DNA of 64,000 bases from positions 53,328,927-53,392,926 of the forward strand of contig NC_068998.1 in NCBI RefSeq assembly GCF_001194135.2, in the 5' to 3' direction. Below are positions 12,820 through 25,076 of this stretch, piece by piece. The DNA comes from Octopus bimaculoides. Lineage: Eukaryota. Position numbers and translations under genes: made by a program. The notes beneath the pieces were generated by a model. That model made no database searches. It was not told the DNA's origin and saw only the letters and a list, made by a program, of their open reading frames with translations. Numbering within the stretch: position 1 is the first letter of the stretch; each line of letters opens with the position of its first letter.

Positions 12820-13008
12820 GAGAATATACAAATAATAACAACAGACGAGGACAGGTGGTGTAAATAACAAAAGTATATATTAGTATGACGCTCGGGAATA
12901 CGGAAAGTCTTTGACGTTTCGAGCTACGCTCTTCAACAGAAAGAATACGGAGACAAGGAGAAAAACACGGAGAAAAAAAATTGAATAGTGTTCAGTCAAC
13001 GGTCAATC
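12818..13008 (-). mobile_element. Penelope-like element (PLE) solo terminal repeat embedded in (TA)n
   Basis: About 190 bp flanked by (TA)n on both sides and clearly homologous to 20926-21070 (GGGAGAAT..., GACAGGTGGTGTA, AAAGTCTTT.ACGTTTCGAGC.TACGCTCTTC.ACAGAAAG). It contains the GAAGAG..CTCGAAACGT motif typical of PLE terminal repeats on the minus strand. Confidence 0.7.
12908..12944 (-). ncRNA. Minimal type-I hammerhead-ribozyme-like motif (variant core), copy 1
   Basis: The minus strand reads UCUUU-CUGUUGA-A-GAGC(GUA)GCUC-GAAA-CGUC-AAAGA: 5-bp helix I, 4-bp helix II, GAAA and a GUC triplet. The core has U at position 6. Activity is untested. Confidence 0.5.
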
Positions 13009-13505
13009 ATATATATATATATAATAAATATTTTGTACATTCACCCACATAGACGAAATTAAAACTGAAACATGAACCCCTGTTAAAACGTTAAAAATGT
13101 TGTGTTATAGAAAGTAAATCTGCCGGGAAATATCATTAAGCGATAACAAACATCAATTCATGGCTTTCACAAACAATTACTCCTTGAGTAATTCATGGCA
13201 GGAGAATGTTTGAAAAGAATCATTTACAATTAAAATCGCAGACGTAAACGAAAATTTATAAATAATTAGCATTAAAACCGCTGCCAAAATGTGTAGGAGG
13301 CATTTATCTTGTCAGATGTTGTATATTATATGGAAATAATAATAAAAGCAAAGATACTAATAATAATAAAGCGGAAAGCAACGTAGTCTTTCTTTACAAA
13401 AGAATTACACATTGATCAACTTCAACGTTTCTCAACAACTTTCCTTCCACGCGCCATCTTGATATTTCGAAGTATTTTTCCACCCACCATAACCGGACAA
13501 AGTAT

Positions 13506-13507
<2 letters not shown>

Positions 13508-13575
<68 letters not shown>

Positions 13576-13583
13576 TGTGTGTG
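13508..13583. repeat. (TG)n microsatellite
   Basis: Near-perfect TG run of about 75 bp, read directly. Confidence 0.95.
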
Positions 13584-13619
13584 AATGTGCACGTGTATTT
13601 GCAATATGAGTAATATGAG

Positions 13620-13715
13620 GAGTGGGTATATGCCGATTTCATTGATCCGAGTACTTGACAAGTATTTTAGTACACCGATCTCGAAAGAATGTACATACAG
13701 GACAGAAAGAAACCC
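13620..13715 (-). mobile_element. SINE family A degraded fragment
   Basis: GCCGATTTCATTGATCCGAGTACTTGACAAGTATTTTAGTACACCGATCTCGAAAGAATG loosely matches the reverse-complemented family A body. Confidence 0.45.
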
Positions 13716-14759
13716 CATTAACCAGTGTCTTTTTCCTAACGACGTGAAGATGAAGAGAATAAATATAAACTACTTATGAAATACATATTTTTCAGAATAT
13801 TTGAAGGAGTCTTGTATTACGGCTCTGTGAAAATAAGAAGTGTAGGTAACCAGTAGTCGTGGAAATAACTTCATTGCATTTAAATAAATTAAAAATGTAT
13901 CCAGTTTTATTTCGTTAGTCTATTCCATTTACTAAAATCGAAGTATTCAGTAGCCATCTCGGTTCTAAAAATTGAATGTGATCAGTGCCTACTCGTTCCT
14001 CGGTGTGTCTGCGGTAGAACTGATCCGCTCTCGTATACATAAATTCATTCAACAACTTCCTAATTCTCTATATTTTCTTAGAATATTTACAACGTATTAT
14101 GATTAAAATTACCCGGAAGAAAGTCACAGAAAATTGTCAAAGAAAAAATCCACAAAGTTTTGTAGAAAAAATTTCATTGAAAGAAATAGTAATAAAACAA
14201 TATATTTGAAATCAGGTACGAACTGACACTGCGCGACCTGTACACAATTTATATATGATGGCATTATATATATATGTGAAAAAAACCAACAAATTTTTAT
14301 TCAATTGCATAAGTATAATAGCAAGATGAACCATTTATTGACAATACATGATATGTACAGATTAAAAAAAACCGTTTACATAGTATCGTGTAATTTTATG
14401 TATTGTTAATAAATGAGTTTTTACCAGTGACTTTCCTCTTGTGATCTTTTTGTTTTCTTTTGTACATTTTATCTGGATTCTCCCTGTCACCTCATCCACC
14501 ATGACATAACATTTCGATCACCGTTTATGTCAGTAATCTATCGTTCACTATTAAATATATAGGTAACATTTTTCAACTCGATTACGGGGTTTCGAAACTT
14601 TCAAATTACTCACGAATAATATATCTGCATGTTTAATTTTAATTTCTAATCAAATTCCACAAATGAATACACTTATACTCTACAGGAAATGAGATATTTG
14701 AATATACCAACAGAGAATAATAAGTTCTGGTGTCGATATGTTCAAATGAAAACTCTTAA

Positions 14760-14817
14760 AGGCGATGCTCCAGCATGGCCGCCGTCAGATGACTGGAACA
14801 AGTAAAAGCGACAGTGT

Positions 14818-14888
<71 letters not shown>
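14760..14888 (+). mobile_element. SINE family B 3' tail followed by (AT)n(GT)n
   Basis: AGGCGATGCTCCAGCATGGCCGCCGTCAGATGACTGGAACAAGTAAAAG at 14760-14809, then (AT)n(GT)n at 14819-14888. Confidence 0.75.
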
Positions 14889-14891
<3 letters not shown>

Positions 14892-15921
14892 CGAACCACG
14901 AAAAAAAGTATTATCATTCGATACGTCGCGGACCCCATTTGTCCCGTGTATTGTCCCCTCTTTGTTTAACCCATGTAGTCTGAGAAAAATTATCGTCATA
15001 AAAGTAACACTGAAATTCATTCAAAAATGCGAATGTTTCATTGCTATGACGGAGAAATAAAAAATGAAGATATGGATGACGGAAACCAGTAAAACAATAA
15101 AGTGTACACATACAGACACACGCGTGCACATACATGCACGCACACACAGTTATATACAGACACACACCTATATATATATATATATATAGACATGTTTATA
15201 TATGCATATATATGTATATACATATAGATATACACATAGATATACATATCTTGATATAAAGCGATAGAAAACTAGATAGATATACATACAGACACACATA
15301 CTCTCATACACACATACATATATATTTCTATATATATATTATGTATACGTGTGAGTGTGTGTATGTATATCTAGCTGTGTTTTGTATCGATCTCTATCAA
15401 TCTATACATATGTATACATCTCCCTGTCTCTCTCTGTCTGTATGTATATATATATATATATNNNNNNNNNNNNNNNNNNNNNNNNNNNNNNNNNNNNATA
15501 TATACTGAAATAGTAATTATATGGTAAATATTTCCTTTCCACACCAAAACTGTGCGATTAGTGACAGGACCCCATAAAAATGAAAAGAATCAGATATAGA
15601 AAGATAACGTAGACAATGAATAAATATGGAGAGATAATACAAAGAGTGACTTGAAAGCAAATTCTAATCGCATTGAAATATATGTATATACAATCTTTTC
15701 GATCTATATATTTATTTCAATATGTGACGTGATTTTATTTTCAAGTGTCTCTTCGTATTATTAGTACCAATTCATCATTCTGGTTTTGTGGGGCCGTACA
15801 CAAACACACACAGGCACACATGCATACACACACATCCATGCATACACGCTTATACATGTAAGTGTGCGTACGTATATATATAGATGAATAAACCTATGCA
15901 CTTTTAGATTCGTACAAATGC

Positions 15922-15957
<36 letters not shown>

Positions 15958-16768
15958 GTGGTGTGTGTGTGTGTGTGTGTGTATGTATATATGCTCGTAT
16001 ATATACATGAAGACACACTGACATAGACACACACAAATATATGCATGTTTTATAGTGCGTGTGATGTTTGTCCGCGTGTGCGATAGTGCGGTGACGTGAT
16101 TGAGAATCTGTGCTTATGTGAGGTTATGAAAAAAAAATTGAAACTATAACATTAGAATATGTATTGACTGTTTTTTTAATACTTGTTTGAATAATTCATC
16201 ATTTCTTATTTCTTATAATTATTCTAATACTATTACTTGATCTCTCTGCAAGAAGAGCGCGAATAATGTAGTTAACATATTCAATGAAAACGATTTTCCT
16301 TTTGTAAACGATGTGTTTCTAAAGTAATAGACATAACCGTAAAAATTAATTTTCCTACAATCTTTACATAGGTCTTGTATTTTTGGCAATGAAACTTTCT
16401 GGTTCTCTGTTGTTTCTAAGTTTACTTTCCATGTTATCTAGAAAAAAATTTGAAAGATAAAAAGAAAACTTTCTTAAACTCTTTCGTAATATAGAACAAT
16501 AGAATAATTTATGAAAGTAATCCCACAAGATTAAACTGAAACATATCAGCGTACTATTACATGACCTAAGGATTTCTTTTATCATGTGGGTATATAAATA
16601 TTTTATATATTTTATAAATAGCTTTTGTTTTTGCAGTTCATCATTGTTTGATCCTCTACAGTGTATCAATCTACAGAAAGTGAAATATTTATATGCAAAG
16701 AATATATTTCAACCAAAACTATAACTTTATGAAAGTCTATTTATTTTTCTTGAATTATTTAGTGAAAA

Positions 16769-16817
<49 letters not shown>

Positions 16818-17142
16818 CTGTTACGTATTGTAGAGGTTTAAACTGTTAAGCTACCCATTGACAACAAAGTTCATTGTTCCACTACTTCTCGTCTCTCAGT
16901 TTCTTCACTTTTACGCTATCCTCTACTACAATTCACCAGCTTACACTTTTCGCTCATGCAACATTTGTTTTATTACCATTCTTCAAATTTACGAGATGTA
17001 ACTGCAGTCAAATTTTAAAAAATTGGACATTTTATTGCCGTTATTTATTATGCATGTACATGATTCTCCATACATAAACTTATACTTATTATACATACAT
17101 TGTATTTTATCTATCTATCTATTTATCTGTCTATTTATCTAT

Positions 17143-17189
<47 letters not shown>

Positions 17190-17307
17190 TATATATATAT
17201 ATATACACACACATATATATATATATATATACAAATATGCAAACACACAGGCATTACGTGTGTTTGTGTGGGTGTGTAGGTGTGCGTGTATTTGTGTATT
17301 CATGAAA

Positions 17308-17470
17308 TATGGCTGAATATATTAGAAATACGAACTACGTGATCTCAGTTTCAAGCTCACTGCGCGGTATCTTCTTGACTTTGGCAATTGTCTTCAATCA
17401 CATCCCCGAGCCGATCAATAACTTGTATTCGGGCTAAATTTGACAGTTTGTAGAAAAAGAGAAAACGTTC
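17308..17470 (+). mobile_element. SINE family B head, degraded
   Basis: CAGTTTCAAGCTCACTGCGCGG...GGCAATTGTCTTC...CCCGAGCCGATCAATAACTTGT resembles the head region at 30275-30440. Confidence 0.5.
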
Positions 17471-19884
17471 ATCCAAAATTAAAAGCCTTTTTAAAAATGA
17501 AAAATATCATGTCCGGAACATAAGAGCTTACTCGATGTAACCGCATTTATTTCCCACCACTGTTTCAAGACAGATCTAGAACTTAGTGCATGCGTTCCAC
17601 GTGATTTCCCTCGAAATATCTTCCGACATTTTGATTTTAGCTTAGCTTCGGTTTTTATAGGCAACGCAGTTAGTGCCTTCTCTACAACACTCGATACATA
17701 GTGATTAGAATCTAGGGAATCACACCCATCGAATTTGAATCTAAAGAATTAGGTTGCCAGAAATTGGGGCTGATGATATCGTAGATATTCTCCGACAACC
17801 GTTTCCCAATCTTACCAGAATTATGTCAATGAGGCAAAACCTGCTGCCACACATATGGCCTTCCAGCAGCAACCCTACCCATCAAAGTTTAGACCTCCGT
17901 TTCCAGGAGTTGCATTTTGCCGCCTGAAGCGAGCCTAAGGTGTTTTGAGTTGCCCTGCAGTAACCATCCTTGTATTTCAGGATGGCAGCGTAACGTCTTA
18001 CAACATTTATAATGCTCTCAGATTATTAGCTACAGAACATTAGCTATAGTTCAGTTGCACTTAACTTTGCTGTTGCATTCGTCGAATTCTTCTTTCCTCG
18101 TTACAATTTTAGTTACAGCAATATAATTTATGTAATATCAGATAGGTCTCGTATTATGATGAGTACCTATTATTCAATTAATATGCACTTGACATCTTAC
18201 TGCCATTTTGAGCAAATCCAATAACCGTCCTCAGTTTCCTGTCATAGGTACCAGCTACGTCTCTGATTACCGGCTAGACTTGGACTTAATTTAGACATAT
18301 AACTTTGTAGTGATCAAATTTAAAACATAAGAACATGACCAGGCGAAACAATATAACAAACAAGAGGCCATATTTTATGAATAAGAAATGGATAATCAGA
18401 GTGACATCATCAATAAGAATAACAGAGAAAACAATGAAGAGGACGAAAAGAAGATGAAGAATAAGGACAAGTCAAAGAAAGTAAAATTTCCGATATGGTT
18501 TTACGACTCTATCAAACTTAATACACATACTAAAAATTTTATTCGTTTTTTTTTTAGATTCCCGCAATGAATCTTATAACTCAGACACTAAACCTAGCGC
18601 CGTTTTTCGTTAGCTTTAAGTGTGAGTCATAGATCAGAGAAAAATTGGAATATATAAAAAAAGTTATGAAAGAATAATTTTGTGGACTGTCAAAGGCATG
18701 ACTGATCTTCCCATTTATCATGCGTAACGTATAAAGCAATTCGTATGTGACGCCATTTCATGTTCGATACACTGTTAATCAATTTGGTCAGGCATGAACT
18801 CTGCAACACCTAGTCACCTCTTTTCTCGTAACATTATTAGATTTTGAGATATCATCAATATACTCTAAATGTAACCTCTCTGCAACACTATGCCAGTGAA
18901 CATATCATCATCATATATCATGACTTCCAAACGTCTCTTTCCTCTCCCTGTATGTTTATATCTACATGCATACGATAGAAGCACACACGAACACGGGAAC
19001 GCACTGACACACACGCAAACTCACACGCACAGACACACACACACACACACACGCGCATACATATCGAAGCTTATTCGCCACTTAAAGTCTAGAAGGACGT
19101 TGCCGATGTTACAATAGTTTTTGTTAATTGTTTTAGCTACCTAATAAGCCTCTTTAAACGTGATGACAGAGAGACACCAGCACGGTGTCCCAAGCATTAA
19201 TTTGTTGACTCGTTTTCAATGGGGGAAACACTCAGACTCAATATAATACAAGTAGTTATGAAGCTTACAATATTCACGTTTGCAAATTAAATATCATAAG
19301 TTCATAAAATGGAAATCACATACGATATTAATTTGTCCAAGAGTTGATATTTGTATGACCTGATTTATATAAGTTGTTTTACATTTAATGTTGTTAACTT
19401 TCATTAGCGTTAGTCTATAGATATCAGCTATGCCTTTTGGCTTTTGTCTAATAGGGAACTGACTTAAGTTTGAAGACATTCCACGCCTAGTATTTCAGTC
19501 AGATAATACTGGTTATATTTTGGTTTACGACTCGTTTAATATATACAGTGTTTGATGTACATGTTTTACGTTTGCTTAAGTTTATCTATGACTGGATCCA
19601 TCACGTTGTGAGACTGTACACTGTGGATTACCGATTCTTTTATTCTGTACAATTGTATTGTAGCCATTTCTTTTTAGAATGTTTCATCCATATAAAATGT
19701 TGCAACATATATCAACATCTCTCACAACGTAAAATAAACCTACAAAGGTCTACCATTTTTATTATATACTTAAAGACGAAGTTGGTTTAAGTTAAGTGGG
19801 AGTAACGCATAGGGATTTACGACGGAACCTTTGTGAAAACAAAATGAGAACAGTTTTGATGAATATCACAATTCTAACAGTTCT

Positions 19885-20045
19885 CCATACGTACATGTAT
19901 GCATACTTACACTCATATATACATACAAATACACACATGCATACATTCATACATAAATGCATGCATACATACATACATGAATGCGTGCATGCGTACATGC
20001 ATGCATACAAACTTACATACATACATACGTACATACATACATGTG
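19885..20045. repeat. Degenerate (TACA/TGCA)n tetranucleotide tract
   Basis: CATACATACATGCATGCGTACATG-type units, read directly. Confidence 0.85.
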
Positions 20046-20732
20046 TGTGTTTTCCCACTGTATATCTTTGCTTTCCGTTCTTCTGCTTGCGGTTTGTATT
20101 TATACCGCGAGGGACGATTTCTTAACACAACATATCTAAACTACCATTTTGTAAATCTTCCCTCATGCATATTTACGTCCTCTTGAATGAAAATAGGCTT
20201 CAAAGAGTACAGCTTATTATTTAAGAGCATCCAATGTAAGAGATTTGAATTCAGTTATTTACAAAACTACAATAAAATCAAAAACACATAATGTTTCGGC
20301 AAGTAGAAATAGAAGTGTCAATAAATGTATAAAGAAACAAAAAAAAAAGATAATTTCCGTTTCAGATTTATTCTGTTTTAGTAAAAGAGCTGCGAGTGCA
20401 CGTAAATAAATAAGCGTTAATAAAATCATTTTACATAAACTATTTCATGAAATATTTACAGGTCAAAATTGATAAGTCTGTGGTAAAGAAATATATGAGC
20501 GTTTGTGAATACATAATTGAGTATGAATAGTAGAGGAAGAGGTTGTCAAAGCAACGGAATAAATGAATCGAATTGTGTTTTTTGGTCACATTCTTCTATG
20601 TTCTCTGCTCAAATCGCGATTACAGTAAATATCAGCTTGTCATTGTAATCCAGCTGCGGCGCCAAGTGGGTTAGGATTTGTTAGGTATAGGAGAAAGTTT
20701 TTAAAAGCCATATACATAAATATTGGCAATGC

Positions 20733-20778
<46 letters not shown>

Positions 20779-20872
20779 NNNNNNNNNNNNNNNNNNNNNN
20801 NNNNNNNNNNNNNNNNNNNNNNNNNNNNNNNNNNNNNNNNNNNNNNNNNNNNNNNNNNNNNNNNNNNNNNNN

Positions 20873-20921
<49 letters not shown>

Positions 20922-20925
20922 TGTA

Positions 20926-21480
20926 GGGAGAATTCGCAAAAAATCGAAAGACGTAGACAGGTGGTGTAGACAGCAAACAGATGTATCAGTTTAACGCTCG
21001 AGAGGTGAAAAAGTCTTTAACGTTTCGAGCCTACGCTCTTCCACAGAAAGGAAAACAGAAAGAAACAGGGAGAGAAAATAAACCATGTGTAGTGACTAGC
21101 GATCTATAATGGCGAATGCTGGACAGAGGAGTCACATGGGAGACCTAGGAGAACAACCAGAATAGGAAGAAACGAGAATAGGAAAAAGCAGAAAATAAAA
21201 AATGTTTGGAAAAAAAAGTTCAAAGTTCAAAACCTTCAAAAGCTTCAATCGTTGTGGTGTATTGGAGCGAGTTCTCATGAATAGAAGAGTCCAGTGTAAT
21301 CCATGGGTAGGAGAGGTACAGCTGAAGTGTAGGAGAGTAGAAAGTCAGGGTAGCGAATCCAGGTAGAATAGTCTGAAGTGTAGAATGTGTAGAAAAACCA
21401 AGTAAACTTCGTTGGGTAATGAGGTGGATACAGGATCAAACTGGTGCGACCACGTGAACGTGTAATATATGGGGAGAATT
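20926..21480 (-). mobile_element. Penelope-like element 3' remnant with terminal repeat
   Basis: 20926-21070 is homologous to 12818-12960. The minus-strand translation near 21290-21440 (PVS...FSCTSPTHGLH) is loosely compatible with the PLE GIY-YIG C-terminus (L.TL.P.GLN). GGGAGAATT preceded by TA repeats recurs at 21472. Confidence 0.6.
21015..21050 (-). ncRNA. Minimal type-I hammerhead-ribozyme-like motif (variant core), copy 2
   Basis: The minus strand reads CUUU-CUGUGGA-A-GAGC(GUAG)GCUC-GAAA-CGUU-AAAG, with the same architecture and the same U6 as copy 1. Confidence 0.5.
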
Positions 21481-21763
21481 GACTTGTTTAAAGGCTACAT
21501 ATAATTGCATATATGCATGTATGTATAGAAAGGTGCACATACATGCTTACAGATGTGCATCAGCATCGCACAATATATATTCTATACGCCATCGATTTTT
21601 TAACAGCTGGATTTCAGAAATATAAAACATATTTATTTCAGTACCAGGGTACTTATGGTTGCATTGTTGTATTTTAACTTTGTTATACTATATGACATTA
21701 CAGCATAGACAACGAGTTCCTTTGTATGCCTCTGTACATTAATTTATGTATGCATGTATATAC

Positions 21764-21809
<46 letters not shown>

Positions 21810-21811
21810 TG

Positions 21812-21847
<36 letters not shown>

Positions 21848-23214
21848 NNNNNNNNNNNNNNNNNNNNNNNNNNNNNNNNNNNNNNNNNNNNNNNNNNNNN
21901 NNNNNNNNNNNNNNNNNNNNNNNNNNNNNNNNNNNNNNNNNNNNNNNNNNNNNNNNNNNNNNNNNNNNNNNNNNNNNNNNNNNNNNNNNNNNNNNNNNNN
22001 NNNNNNNNNNNNNNNNNNNNNNNNNNNNNNNNNNNNNNNNNNNNNNNNNNNNNNNNNNNNNNNNNNNNNNNNNNNNNNNNNNNNNNNNNNNNNNNNNNNN
22101 NNNNNNNNNNNNNNNNNNNNNNNNNNNNNNNNNNNNNNNNNNNNNNNNNNNNNNNNNNNNNNNNNNNNNNNNNNNNNNNNNNNNNNNNNNNNNNNNNNNN
22201 NNNNNNNNNNNNNNNNNNNNNNNNNNNNNNNNNNNNNNNNNNNNNNNNNNNNNNNNNNNNNNNNNNNNNNNNNNNNNNNNNNNNNNNNNNNNNNNNNNNN
22301 NNNNNNNNNNNNNNNNNNNNNNNNNNNNNNNNNNNNNNNNNNNNNNNNNNNNNNNNNNNNNNNNNNNNNNNNNNNNNNNNNNNNNNNNNNNNNNNNNNNN
22401 NNNNNNNNNNNNNNNNNNNNNNNNNNNNNNNNNNNNNNNNNNNNNNNNNNNNNNNNNNNNNNNNNNNNNNNNNNNNNNNNNNNNNNNNNTTTTTTGTTTT
22501 TTTGTTTTTTGCAGTGAGGCAAGTTACAGTTTGTTCAGATCATTAACAATCACCGTAAACATAATCTCTTTCCTTTTGTATCTGATTCTATATATATATT
22601 TTTCTTTTATGCTACAATGATATTTGGTTAAATTATCGAATACATATGCTTAATAAAGTACAAGACTGATTTCTTTCCATGTCCGTGATGCCTCGTTAGG
22701 AAAATGAAAAACCAGCAGTTGTTGTAAAAATGTAAACTTTTGCAAGACGATGTAGAATTTTATTTAACCCTGTCTGTTTTTACTTTGATTCGCTTTATTG
22801 ATGATTGAGGCTTTAAATCACAATCCCTCTTACGTACTTTTGTGCTATATCAAGTCTCTTCGGCAACGTATGTGCCTAAGCAATTATTACATAGATTGTA
22901 TTGACTGTTATTTATATACAGTCAACACAATTTGTAGTGCGAGTTTTCCTCTATCGTAGACTGTAACAGTGTCTTTTATCTCTGTCATTTATTACGGCTG
23001 GTAAACTTCTTCTTATTCGATGCTGCTTTCTCTACTTGTTGCTAGGCTGTCTACGCTTTTACTTTTAGCTTCTAAGATATGTTTTATTGGTCTCTGACGT
23101 TATAGAATTTGTTTTGAAATGCAAAAACCAGTTATATTCTTACACGGAACACGTAACTAATTAACATAAACAGACCGTAGCCCTGTTTAATCAGGGATGG
23201 TTTCTAGGTCGAGC

Positions 23215-23515
23215 CGCTACTGTACGGAATTCAAAGGTCACAGTTCTAATTAGAGACATGTGATTATGATGTCAAAAGAATGAATCGTAACTCGGATTCT
23301 TCGAGCCGAACAAAATGGATGACGAAGTCAGGAAAGAGCAATAAAGAGATAGATGGATAATATTCATAATCTGAGTTCGACAAGCTTGAGAATCAAACTG
23401 GAAAAGATAATAAGAGTTGCTTCTGATGAGGTCCTATGGAGGAGATGCCTGCAAAATGTATTGCCAAAGATTCTCCAAGAAATACTGGCCGGCAAAAGTG
23501 GATGGATGGAAAATA
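23215..23515 (+). mobile_element. RTE/Rex3-like LINE, 3' end of ORF2 (5'-truncated, degraded)
   Basis: IQRSQ...HVIMMSKE*IVTRILRAEQNG*RSQERAIKR*MDNIHNLSSTSLRIKLEKIIRVASDEVLWRRCL resembles the RTE C-terminus IERSQLRW.GHV.RM..ER...R.L.A.P.GRRP.GRP..RW.D.I. It ends near GGATGGATGG. Confidence 0.75.
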
Positions 23516-24046
23516 AATCATCGCTTCAAAATTAGATACTGTCCTTATATATTTACATGAAATAATACAATACATAGGCAATTTGCATGAAGCTTGCAGA
23601 GGCATATTAATGTGGTAAATGAGAAGGAACAAAGCACAACGAAAACAAAGAAATAGAATTACAAGAAAAAGAAAAGAAACGAAAAGGTCAGACATTTTTC
23701 AAATTAGAATAATATCACGTGACTATGGAAATTAAATTATAAGAAGAAAGACTGATTTCTTCGGAAGTCTTTGTGCAGGTGTTCCACTTTTCTTTCGGTA
23801 TGAGTAGTTTATATATCACTATAACACACACGCATACAAATATATTTACATAAAGACACGCATGTGTGTATATGTATGTCAGTACGTATCATATATATAT
23901 ATATATAAATATATGAGGCTGTATGTGTATCTTCGTGTGTAGTGTATGTGCGTGTATTTGCACTTTCAGTGATTAAATATCTCGCTCAGATGAACTGAAT
24001 TTGTACAGGTTCCTGTATATATATACATATATGCATATATATATGC

Positions 24047-24096
<50 letters not shown>

Positions 24097-24905
24097 ATAT
24101 ATATATATGTATATATGTATATATATATATATNNNNNNNNNNNNNNNNNNNNNNNNNNNNNNNNNNNNNNNNNNNNNNNNNNNNNNNNNNNNNNNNNNNN
24201 NNNNNNNNNNNNNNNNNNNNNNNNNNNNNNNNNNNNNNNNNNNNNNNNNNNNNNNNNNNNNNNNNNNNNNNNNNNNNNNNNNNNNNNNNNNNNNNNNNNN
24301 NNNNNNNNNNNNNNNNNNNNNNNNNNNNNNNNNNNNNNNNNNNNNNNNNNNNNNNNNNNNNNNNNNNNNNNNNNNNNNNNNNNNNNNNNNNNNNNNNNNN
24401 NNNNNNNNNNNNNNNNNNNNNNNNNNNNNNNNNNNNNNNNNNNNNNNNNNNNNNNNNNNNNNNNNNNNNNNNNNNNNNNNNNNNNNNNNNNNNNNNNNNN
24501 NNNNNNNNNNNNNNNNNNNNNNNNNNNNNNNNNNNNNNNNNNNNNNNNNNNNNNNNNNNNNNNNNNNNNNNNNNNNNNNNNNNNNNNNNNNNNNNNNNNN
24601 NNNNNNNNNNNNNNNNNNNNNNNNNNNNNNNNNNNNNNNNNNNNNNNNNNNNNNNNNNNNNNNNNNNNNNNNNNNNNNNNNNNNNNNNNNNNNNNNNNNN
24701 NNNNNNNNNNNNNNNNNNNNNNNNNNNNNNNNNNNNNNNNNNNNNNNNNNNNNNNNNNNNNNNNNNNNNNNNNNNNNNNNNNNNNNNNNNNNNNNNNNNN
24801 NNNNNNNNNNNNNNNNNNNNNNNNNNNNNNNNNNNNNNNNNNNNNNNNNNNNNNNNNNNNNNNNNNNNNNNNNNNNNNNNNNNNNNNNNNNNNNNNNNNN
24901 NNNNN

Positions 24906-24982
<77 letters not shown>

Positions 24983-25040
24983 ATATGTATGTGTGTATTT
25001 GTGTGACTGTCTATGCTCTGTGTATATAGATATATATGTA

Positions 25041-25076
<36 letters not shown>

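Noticed and set aside
17850-18000. Possible HDV-like ribozyme on the minus strand
   Set aside because: A P4-like hairpin and CTAA are present, but I could not build consistent P1.1, P2 and P3 pairings.
19173-19189. Hairpin GACACC-AGCAC-GGTGTC
   Set aside because: A 6-bp stem is expected by chance in 64 kb and has no supporting context.
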